A stretch of 42,670 nucleotides of DNA from Candidatus Gastranaerophilales bacterium (GTDB lineage Bacteria; Cyanobacteriota; Vampirovibrionia; Gastranaerophilales; Gastranaerophilaceae): the NCBI GenBank assembly GCA_947630355.1, contig CANRHJ010000001.1, positions 1 to 42,670 on the forward strand. Direction: 5' to 3'. The translations under genes and the position numbers were made by a program. This document shows, in pieces, positions 12,701 through 18,839 of the stretch; position 1 is the stretch's first letter; each line of letters begins with the position of its first letter. Under the pieces are notes generated by a model that did not search any database, had not been told where the DNA came from, and saw only the letters and a list, made by a program, of their open reading frames with translations.

Positions 12701-13150
12701 GTCTGTATCGGATGTGTCTTGAGCATTTTCCTCATTATAATCAGTTTCATCATTTAAGTGACTTTCATTTTCCTCTGTATACTCGGAAGTATCATCAGGT
12801 ATTGAATTTGGGAAATCTTTTACGTCATCATTTATATCGCTGACAAACTCGCTTTGATCAGACGAGAAAGAAGAAACAATTTCAACTTGATCTTGTTCTA
12901 TCGTGAGCGGTATTTCATTGACAATATTAAAATCATGGTTACATTTTCTGCAATATGCTGCATCAGCCAGATTAACGGCATTACACGACGGGCATTTCTT
13001 TAATAATTCGGCACCGCAAGTTTTACAGACAAAACTTCCGAATGGATTAAGAGTATTACAATGATTACACAACATATTAACCTTAATCCCACAATGAGGA
13101 CATCTGAGAACATTATCAGATATTTCAGCTCCGCATTTACGACATTTCAT
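9746..13150 (-). CDS. Triple zinc-ribbon / acidic linker / P-loop STAND-type (AAA_16-like) ATPase / TPR-like helical-repeat protein
   Basis: 1134 aa. Six CxxC pairs in the first 70 aa (CRKC..CPHC..CNHC..CKTC..CPSC..CRKC) give three zinc ribbons. A D/E/N/T-rich linker of about 150 aa follows. Walker A is INGPEGCGKTAV and Walker B-like is LVICIDNFELLD. The remaining ~650 aa are helical repeats with TPR-like A/Y/L spacing. No recognisable output domain. Confidence 0.75.
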   Translation of the reverse strand: MKCRKCGAEISDNVLRCPHCGIKVNMLCNHCNTLNPFGSFVCKTCGAELLKKCPSCNAVNLADAAYCRKCNHDFNIVNEIPLTIEQDQVEIVSSFSSDQSEFVSDINDDVKDFPNSIPDDTSEYTEENESHLNDETDYNEENAQDTSDTDSDDTELNSDEHPEKIFMADEQTSEEQNETQSPDTQDELIDELTVENLEEFIDEDVQKSIDEAQNNENTVNTGVNEEYNKIEIKPQAVKNILNLIKTSINKHIIAINGPEGCGKTAVLNQCRAKLSQNGYIFLYGNCTPLIQITSFGFIQDAFLRIMGFPTYTVNYDSFIKDFKKSNFLKMFNFLNNEELEDFLNIFYPSETDNFENILSNKQYTFEILEKVIKSFSLNSNLVICIDNFELLDGASYDFIMYLLRRGYFNNRLKLLIAYREDKPIQSYFDLSKSNEGIFEVLTLEKLTNEEMNDTVKKSLNIDLRNIIDKEYLDKIINNSNGNALRLEQEAALLFSSGYITVNESEIIINEENKPQIFASFEELIKHRLNTLVPVVKNVLFMSAILGYRFSPGILENVSGMSSDNFTSVIDFLKQELFINSVDNFTYEFKSLELWKLIYQEAKSDLLYKENSEKICTILKDLILSSNLQKLISCTEALTKEEEYLIWQDTANLCAKLGDTNLYIISQKQCLKLIEEQNFDDSESLKLDIYEKLGKLLYIKSPQEALGYLSNVLDYDIKSEGINKIIDNASYFIKSCYLTGNYFGAAEAVDSVINAITGSDETVSDVDIALIKSRKLKALFNIGNSEQIINLVNEEIINDIETCLNVAQNDLSYNSLLVDAWLNSKVILAKSYAIQGNSVVFDVVADIKKFLEIYSYNKEYYSFQIDIIEAFANTAKGDIHKSNELLNNILHKSENKKLDPELLAEWNLINIFNRILLDDKNELKSDLFELAAFANNINENFIKNIIKLILGYVLKEEGNIKKAIEIYNEEVTYFAKEKVAIGALLSWLLIVQNAFDDGDYDKALNTALKSLEIAQSAKINNNFFIIYFRMYIAKIYQKKADYNAAKMYFEKAVVIAKKYDLRYQTIQLYIAFAQYLEDVIKSGNNYNEINVNNVNEIYNRALIASKELNLSNLTEQILRAKTDFKMICQLSSSQH

Positions 13151-13158
13151 AATTATAC

Positions 13159-13746
13159 CTAACTATTACCGCCGTCCATGATTTTACTAATCAATTTTGA
13201 TAATTGCAATAACCGCTTACTTATTTCGGATTGAGATAAGTTAAGATATTCAGCCATTTCTCTCTGTTTCATATTCTTAATGTATCTGAGATAGAATATA
13301 TCAAGGAAGTTTTGATTAGGAACCTCTCTGTTAATAATAGTGACAGCATCCGCAATTCTTTGCAGGCAATCTTTTGTAATAAGTATTTCTTCAATGTTTT
13401 CCTTAGGATCAGGGAAATCCAAGATAAATTCGGGCCCCGTAAGCGGAGCATTATCATTCTCCGCAGGTTTAATATCGGCAATTTTTACTTCTTTAGCGGG
13501 AACAAAGCCCTTACTTGTACGCCTTACCCTGCCTGAGTTTTTTAAAACACAAAGTATTGAAGTATTTACTACTTTTGCGACATAGTTTTCAATTTTTTGG
13601 ACATTAGAAGATGAATTAAAAATCATATACGATTTTTGGAAAGCTTCACTGCAAAAATCTTCTAATAAATCCTCGTTGCCGGAATAATTTTTATTATTCC
13701 TTACTGTTTTTTCTATTAAGCTTCTTTGTTCTTCAAGTAACAGCAC
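13159..13746 (-). CDS. Sigma-70 family RNA polymerase sigma factor (ECF-like, group 4-like)
   Basis: 195 aa, GTG start. Region-2-like DLLEDFCSEAFQKSYMIF...ENYVAKVVNTSILCVLKN. Region-4 HTH FLDIFYLRYIKNMKQREMAEYLNLSQSEISKRLLQLSKLI. Only 8 nt upstream of the STAND gene and 45 nt downstream of the anti-sigma-like gene. Confidence 0.75.
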   Translation of the reverse strand: MLLLEEQRSLIEKTVRNNKNYSGNEDLLEDFCSEAFQKSYMIFNSSSNVQKIENYVAKVVNTSILCVLKNSGRVRRTSKGFVPAKEVKIADIKPAENDNAPLTGPEFILDFPDPKENIEEILITKDCLQRIADAVTIINREVPNQNFLDIFYLRYIKNMKQREMAEYLNLSQSEISKRLLQLSKLISKIMDGGNS

Positions 13747-13791
13747 TTATTTTTTCTCTATTTTAATTATCTAAAAATATAATAACACAAA

Positions 13792-16548
13792 TTATATTTT
13801 TATTACCACTTTTAGATAATACTTATCTGCCATTAAAGCGCCCTCATTGAGAATTGGGGTTTTTTCTCCTTCAAAAGTTTCTTTAATACTTTGTAACACA
13901 ATATCATCAATTTGCTTTGAACCGCTGGTTTCCGAAATCATATCGCGTAATATATTTCCGTTATTATCAATAGCCAGCTTAACAACAACCTTATCTGTTT
14001 TAGGTGTTTCCATTGCTGAAAGTATATTCTTTCTTAAATTCAATTTAAGGATATCATCTGTTTTTTGCAGATAAGATTTAAATGTTTTGTCCGTAAACAG
14101 CTGAGGAGAACATAACCAGCTGACTTCTTTTATTGATACGGAAGAATTAGATGTCGAAAATGCATTTGTAATAGCCTTATTTACATCTTCGGTCGGTTGG
14201 TTTTGTTCGGGAAGTATATTATTTTCCGTTAATTGCGGGAATTCAACATTATCACCGTTTGCGGGATTAGGTATTTGAATACGAATCGGTTGATCTGAAT
14301 TCGGTGCAATATCAGGAATTTCGATATTTTGAGGCGTTTGGTTATTTTGTTCAGAATTAATATCAAAATAGATATCTCCGGGTATATCAAGCTGATTATT
14401 ATTTTGTTCCTGTACGGCATTGTTGGTATTATTTGCGGCTATTTGGCTATTATTATTTGAATTTTTCATTATAAAGAAAGCACCTATTCCCAAGCTGATA
14501 ACAACCAAAGCAATAATAAGGGATAATACCACTACATTTTTTGATGATTTAGCTTCATTTTCGTCAGCTTCATCATTGTCATCATCATATTCTTCATACT
14601 CTTCGTTTTCATCGGAATATTCTTCGTTCTCATCGGAATACTCTTCGTTCTCGTCGGAATATTCTTCGTTTCCTTCGGAATACTCTTCATTTCCTTCGGA
14701 ATATTCCTCGCCGCCATCTTTATATTTCTCAAATTCGACTTGATTATCTTCATTCAAATCCTGCGAAGAAGCATCTTCCACAATATCGTCGGATTTTTCA
14801 TCTTCATTATATATAATATCTTCATCCTGTGATACATCTTCTTCGGAAGGATATTCTTCAAATGTTTCTTCATTTGTTATATCAGCGGTTTCTTCAATAT
14901 TATCAATATCCGAAGTATTATTATCATCATCTTTGTATTCAATAATTTCATCATTTTCGGTTATATCGGGATTTTGAAGTTCCACGCCGTTAGCGGAGTC
15001 ATCTTCAATAATATTTAAATCGGCATTTTCCTGCAAACTTTCCGGTGCTTTGTCCGAAGTTACTACTTCAACATTCTTGACATAGTCAATAGTTCTGGCT
15101 CCGCCGTTATTTATATGAGATAAATCCTCAGAAGAGTCTTCATAAGCCGGATAAGGTTCAAATTTAGAATTTAAAAGATCTTCATCGGAAAGTTCACTGT
15201 AATTAGTATCAAAATCGGCAGATTTTTCATCTTCTGGCGGAACATTTGTTATATACGAATAAATCGGTTCACCCGTTTCATCATAATCCACTATTACTTT
15301 TTGAACCGACTCTTTTGTCTCGCTAAACATAGGTTCATTCAGTATTTCATCATCAGTTTTTTGCTCATCACTTTCTATAAACTGAATATCCGATTTATTG
15401 CCGGCATCTTCTACTATATTTAATTCATTATCGTTTAAATTATTATTTTGCTGTTCATCAATAACTCTTAAATCATTCATATCTATTTTGTCATTCAGAA
15501 TTTCCAAATTATCATCTTTATCCTCAATAATATCTGTCAATTCCTCATTATCCAAAATTTGAAGTTCCTCATCTGAGGGCAGCTCGGATACAGAAGGTTG
15601 TATCTCTTCAACATTTTCATCGGGAGAAATAAATTCTTCATCTTCATTAAACAGTTCATCCAAAATATCGGAAACCGTTTCTTCTTGCTCATCATCCTTA
15701 TTTTCCTCTTTATTTTCCGAAAAATCGGTCAGAGTATCAGTATTATCATCTTGTGATTGATTGAAATATACCGTTTCTTCTTTACCTTCGTATTGTTTAT
15801 CTTCAGCAGCCTGAGCACCTACAATTTTAAGAGTATAATCTTCAAAGAGTTCGGGATATTTTCCTATAGAAGAACTTACCATTTCAAAGCCCGTAAAACA
15901 GCAGAATTCCGTTCTGCACTGTTCACATTCAAATAAATGTTTTATTATTTTAGTCTTTAAATTATCATCTATTTCATCATCCAGCAGTGTTAAATAGTTA
16001 TTTTTAAATAATTCATGCTCCGATTCGCCGAAATCGGTAATTTTAGGTTTATTTATTTTAGTTAAAAATTCATCAAAAGAAATAAGTTCCTTAACGGATA
16101 CTTTACAATATTTATAATCAAGCGGTTCTTTTTTAATTAATGCGGTATCGCAAAATCCCGCCAAAGTAAACGAGCTTAAATTTTTATCGGTTTTAACAAC
16201 AGCATAAAAATCGGGTTCTAAGCCTTTGTCAAAATGAATTTTCGGAACTAAAAATTCATTTCCCTGAGTCATTACTCTTACATCTATATGCCAATTATTA
16301 ACATAAACATCACATATTTCATATTCCTCGTTAAGCTGAGGATTTCTGTATAAAGTCATGGATTTTTTTACTTGATTATCAGTCTTTTCCAGAAGTTTAA
16401 TTAAACTGTTCAAAGCAATTATTGAGGCATAAGCTCTTTTACGCTGCAGTTCATCTTTGAGCAAAGATGCATAAATTTTTGCATAACTATAAGCTTTTTC
16501 ATCTGTTTCCAATGTATACATTTTATCCGTTGTCATAAAATTCTCCAT
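13792..16548 (-). CDS. Giant single-pass membrane protein. Domain order: N-terminal DUF1822-like domain, ZAS (zf-HC2) anti-sigma motif, ~430-aa acidic disordered region, TM helix, N/Q/P-rich region, TonB-C-like domain
   Basis: 918 aa; RBS AGAAGGA 4 nt before the ATG. ZAS signature H-x25-H-x3-C-x2-C in SEHELFKNNYLTLLDDEIDDNLKTKIIKHLFECEQCRTEF (DNA about 15904-16026). TM helix VVVLSLIIALVVISLGIGAFFIM (DNA about 14466-14534). C-terminus VVVKLAIDNNGNILRDMISETSGSKQIDDIVLQSIKETF resembles TonB_C. The N-terminal 170 aa (AYASIIALNSL...DFYAVVKTDKNLSSFTLAGF) resemble the cyanobacterial DUF1822 pattern, from memory only. Confidence 0.7.
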   Translation of the reverse strand: MENFMTTDKMYTLETDEKAYSYAKIYASLLKDELQRKRAYASIIALNSLIKLLEKTDNQVKKSMTLYRNPQLNEEYEICDVYVNNWHIDVRVMTQGNEFLVPKIHFDKGLEPDFYAVVKTDKNLSSFTLAGFCDTALIKKEPLDYKYCKVSVKELISFDEFLTKINKPKITDFGESEHELFKNNYLTLLDDEIDDNLKTKIIKHLFECEQCRTEFCCFTGFEMVSSSIGKYPELFEDYTLKIVGAQAAEDKQYEGKEETVYFNQSQDDNTDTLTDFSENKEENKDDEQEETVSDILDELFNEDEEFISPDENVEEIQPSVSELPSDEELQILDNEELTDIIEDKDDNLEILNDKIDMNDLRVIDEQQNNNLNDNELNIVEDAGNKSDIQFIESDEQKTDDEILNEPMFSETKESVQKVIVDYDETGEPIYSYITNVPPEDEKSADFDTNYSELSDEDLLNSKFEPYPAYEDSSEDLSHINNGGARTIDYVKNVEVVTSDKAPESLQENADLNIIEDDSANGVELQNPDITENDEIIEYKDDDNNTSDIDNIEETADITNEETFEEYPSEEDVSQDEDIIYNEDEKSDDIVEDASSQDLNEDNQVEFEKYKDGGEEYSEGNEEYSEGNEEYSDENEEYSDENEEYSDENEEYEEYDDDNDEADENEAKSSKNVVVLSLIIALVVISLGIGAFFIMKNSNNNSQIAANNTNNAVQEQNNNQLDIPGDIYFDINSEQNNQTPQNIEIPDIAPNSDQPIRIQIPNPANGDNVEFPQLTENNILPEQNQPTEDVNKAITNAFSTSNSSVSIKEVSWLCSPQLFTDKTFKSYLQKTDDILKLNLRKNILSAMETPKTDKVVVKLAIDNNGNILRDMISETSGSKQIDDIVLQSIKETFEGEKTPILNEGALMADKYYLKVVIKI
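14587..14716 (-). repeat. In-frame 21-bp tandem repeat (about 6 copies) encoding (N)EEYS[ED][GE]N heptads inside the acidic region of the anti-sigma-like protein
   Basis: The + strand units TCGGAATATTCTTCGTTCTCA / TCGGAATACTCTTCGTTCTCG / TCGGAATATTCTTCGTTTCCT / TCGGAATACTCTTCATTTCCT / TCGGAATATTCCTCGCCGCCA start at 14612 and are spaced 21 nt apart, with a degenerate copy upstream. The protein reads EEYSEGNEEYSEGNEEYSDENEEYSDENEEYSDENEEYEEY. Confidence 0.9.
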
Positions 16549-16646
16549 AAAATCCTTCTACTTTATAAGATTACATAGTCTTAAAAAATATTCCAAAATA
16601 TGTTATAATTAGTTTAGTCTCTTTATGGAAAAATAAATCAGTTTAA

Positions 16647-16666
16647 TTGTAAATAAATATTTACAA
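16647..16666. promoter_or_regulatory. 20-bp operator-like palindrome in the divergent intergenic region between the anti-sigma cassette and the small-protein genes
   Basis: TTGTAAATAA|ATATTTACAA, 9/10 arm positions complementary. It lies 98 nt upstream of the 16548 start (minus strand) and 73 nt upstream of the 16740 start (plus strand). A partial look-alike, TTGTAACAATATTTA, lies upstream of the second paralog at about 17303. Confidence 0.35.
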
Positions 16667-16739
16667 AAAAATATAAAATACACAATTTTATAGATTTTTG
16701 TGTTTTATATACTTGCAAAGTATAAATAAGGAGGTAAAT

Positions 16740-17177
16740 ATGATAAGTCCGGTAAGTTTCAGAGCATCTCAAGATTTCAACCAAATGATTAGCAAACCCC
16801 AATCATATACTACAACCCCGCAAGCTGCTGCAGGTTTGTCTGATGGGAAAGGTAAAAGTCATAAGGCAGGTAAAGTTATTTTAACCATAGCAGCAGTAGC
16901 TGCAGCTTTAGGCGGTTTAGCTTATGCCGCATCAAAAGGTAAATTAAATCCTAAAGAAGGCGGTAATAAGTTTATTGAAAAAGCTAAAGAATATGCAAAA
17001 ATAGTTGGTGATACCGTTTACAAAGCATATTCAACCGTTAAAGGAATGGTAATTAAAACACCAAAAAAACGTACTCCGGTTCGCTACCCTCATTCAGCAG
17101 CCCAGACCGAAAATCCAATCCGCTACAAAATCACCGGTCACAGTAGACCGTTACCCACGCCATCTTTAATAAAATAG
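16740..17177 (+). CDS. Small membrane-anchored protein, GGNK[FY]I family, paralog A
   Basis: Start trimmed from the track ORF (16698) to ATG 16740, which is preceded by a perfect AAGGAGG at 16728-16734. 145 aa: MISPVSFRAS..., one hydrophobic helix (VILTIAAVAAALGGLAYAA), then KGKLNPKEGGNKFIEKAK. Followed by a hairpin terminator. Confidence 0.7.
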   Translation: MISPVSFRASQDFNQMISKPQSYTTTPQAAAGLSDGKGKSHKAGKVILTIAAVAAALGGLAYAASKGKLNPKEGGNKFIEKAKEYAKIVGDTVYKAYSTVKGMVIKTPKKRTPVRYPHSAAQTENPIRYKITGHSRPLPTPSLIK

Positions 17178-17268
17178 CGGACGTTTCATTTTAAATTTTA
17201 AAATGTAAAGCTAATCCGGTGTCGCTTTTTCAAGTGTCTAATTAATACGGAAAAAAGTATGTAAAATA

Positions 17269-17301
17269 AAAACAAGAGAAATTAATCTCTTGTTTTTATT
17301 T
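17269..17301 (+). terminator. Rho-independent terminator after paralog A
   Basis: AAACAAGAGA-aattaa-TCTCTTGTTT followed by TTATTTTT. 10-bp perfect stem plus a T-rich tail. Confidence 0.75.
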
Positions 17302-17424
17302 TTGTAACAATATTTATATAATTTAACTTGTATTAATTTTTTGTAATAAAATAATAAAAGATAGCAAATTATTTTTTTACCGTTTTTATAATAATCGAAA
17401 TTGAAATAAATACAGGAGTAAAAA

Positions 17425-17868
17425 ATGAAATTACAAGCAATAAACCAAACAAATAATATGCAATCATGCAGTTTCGGTAAAAAAGCACACAAATCAAGTG
17501 CAGGCAAAGTTTTAGCATCAACAGGAGTTGTGGCAGGTGCAATCGCAAGTTCCATAGTTCTTGCAAGAAAAGGCAAATTAAACCCTGTTGAAGGCGGTAA
17601 TAAATATATTGAAACAGCAAAAGCTTTATTGAAAAAGCCCGCTGATTTCTCATCAAAAATGGTTACAAAGGCAGTTAACAAGTATAAAATAGCAGCAAAA
17701 GGTAATTATAAACTTTCTTCTTTGGTTGACCGACCTGCAAGCTATATAAGACATTATCAAAAAGTTATTCCTCAAAAAATCGCAAATATAAAAGGCGGAT
17801 TTACAAAATTTATTGATACAATGGCTGATAAAGCGGAATCTTGTTTTAACAGAATGAAATTCAACTAA
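17425..17868 (+). CDS. Small membrane-anchored protein, GGNK[FY]I family, paralog B
   Basis: 147 aa; RBS AGGAG 8 nt upstream. HKSSAGKVLASTGVVAGAIASSIVLARKGKLNPVEGGNKYIETAK aligns with paralog A (KGKLNP.EGGNK[FY]IE.AK nearly identical; GAAGGCGGTAATAA is shared at DNA level). Confidence 0.75.
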   Translation: MKLQAINQTNNMQSCSFGKKAHKSSAGKVLASTGVVAGAIASSIVLARKGKLNPVEGGNKYIETAKALLKKPADFSSKMVTKAVNKYKIAAKGNYKLSSLVDRPASYIRHYQKVIPQKIANIKGGFTKFIDTMADKAESCFNRMKFN

Positions 17869-17892
17869 ATTTAAATAAACTACAGATAATTT

Positions 17893-17925
17893 AAAAAAGC
17901 GGTAATCATAAGATTACCGCTTTTT
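17893..17925. terminator. Bidirectional rho-independent terminator between paralog B and pheA (convergent)
   Basis: AAAAAA-GCGGTAATC-ataa-GATTACCGC-TTTTT. 9-bp perfect GC-containing stem flanked by an A-tract and a T-tract. Confidence 0.85.
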
Positions 17926-18778
17926 ATGAATATGTTTTAAAACTTCCCAGTACTTTAAGAAAATCAACATAAGATTTCAAATATTCAAGAGCATGCTGAA
18001 CCGATGTATCGGTTATAATTTTATCCAATTCCATAAAAAATAAGTATTCGCCTAATTGTTTTTTGGAAGGTCTTGAATCAATATAAGATAAATTTATTTC
18101 ATAATCCGAAAAAACTTTCAAGACATTACAAAGAGCACCGGGTACATTTTTTGTAGATAAGACTATTGCTGTTTTTCCGCTTTGTATACTTTTAAACCCG
18201 CTTCTGCCTAAGATATAAAATCTTGTTTTATTACCTTTTTCGTCATTTAAATTACGAATTAAAATATTCAAATTAAATAATTTAGCGCAGGCTTCATTTG
18301 CAATAGCGGCAACGGAGGGATTGTTTTCACGAGAAACCTTTAATGCGGCATAGCTTGTAGAAGATGTTTCTTTTAATTGTGCGCGGGGAAATAACTTATA
18401 TAAATTATTTGAACACTGAGCAAGTGCCTGAGGGTGAGATATTATCTCTTTTATTTCCGCTATATTTTCCCCAGAGGAAAGTAACATGTGATTTATATTA
18501 AGCAGTATTTCGCCCTTTATCTGTATTGATTTATCATCAAGTTTTAAAAGATTATCAATAGTTTCTCTTACAATTCCTTCAACCGAATTTTCTATAGGTA
18601 GAACGCAAATTCCCGTTTCATCTTGTTTTAGGGCATCAAGAGCATTTTTAATGCAGTTGCAGGGAATTTTTTCGTCAACGGAAATTTTTGAAACATTCAA
18701 AAATTTTTGCATCGCGAAGCAGGCATTTGAGCCGTCAGGTCCTAAATAATATATTTTTTTATAATTATTTTCAGGCAT
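17924..18778 (-). CDS. pheA: Prephenate dehydratase (PDT domain + ACT domain)
   Basis: 284 aa. Motifs: YYLGPDGSNACFAMQKF, NKTRFYILG (TRF motif), ACT region TAIVLSTKNVPGALCNVLKVF with IDSRPSK (ESRP-like motif). Confidence 0.9.
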   Translation of the reverse strand: MPENNYKKIYYLGPDGSNACFAMQKFLNVSKISVDEKIPCNCIKNALDALKQDETGICVLPIENSVEGIVRETIDNLLKLDDKSIQIKGEILLNINHMLLSSGENIAEIKEIISHPQALAQCSNNLYKLFPRAQLKETSSTSYAALKVSRENNPSVAAIANEACAKLFNLNILIRNLNDEKGNKTRFYILGRSGFKSIQSGKTAIVLSTKNVPGALCNVLKVFSDYEINLSYIDSRPSKKQLGEYLFFMELDKIITDTSVQHALEYLKSYVDFLKVLGSFKTYS

Positions 18779-18839
18779 TTGCTAAACCTTTACTTCTTTA
18801 ATAAAATAATTTTAACAAAAAATAAAAAAAGGATTAACA

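Noticed and set aside
9746-13150. Interpreting the STAND ATPase as an Avs-type antiphage defence protein
   Set aside because: There is no nuclease, protease, Sir2/TIR or other effector domain. The gene is 8 nt downstream of a sigma factor in an apparent operon. No mobile-element or defence-island context is visible. A conflict role cannot be excluded, but the sequence does not support it.
14587-14716. Possible CRISPR-like or satellite array
   Set aside because: The period is 21 nt with no spacers, and it lies entirely inside an open reading frame encoding a heptad repeat. There are no cas genes. It is a coding tandem repeat, not a CRISPR array.
12446-14743. ORFs 12446..12685, 12481..12675, 13269..13585, 13847..14074, 14229..14420, 14420..14743, 14532..14753
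   Set aside because: These are frames opened by the low-complexity acidic-linker coding DNA of the STAND, sigma and anti-sigma genes. The 14420..14743 serine-rich product is simply the reverse reading of the EEYS repeat.
16647-16666. Reading the palindrome as an NtcA (TGTA-N8-TACA) or CRP/FNR (TGTGA-N6-TCACA) site
   Set aside because: The spacing is wrong. Here it is TGTA-N10-TACA, equivalent to TGT-N12-ACA, two bases longer than either consensus. I therefore report only a generic operator-like dyad.
17238-17681. 147-aa and 95-aa minus-strand ORFs overlapping small-protein gene B and its upstream region
   Set aside because: They are antisense to a gene with a good RBS, a paralog and a terminator. 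They would have to read through the terminator hairpin of gene A, and they have no RBS.
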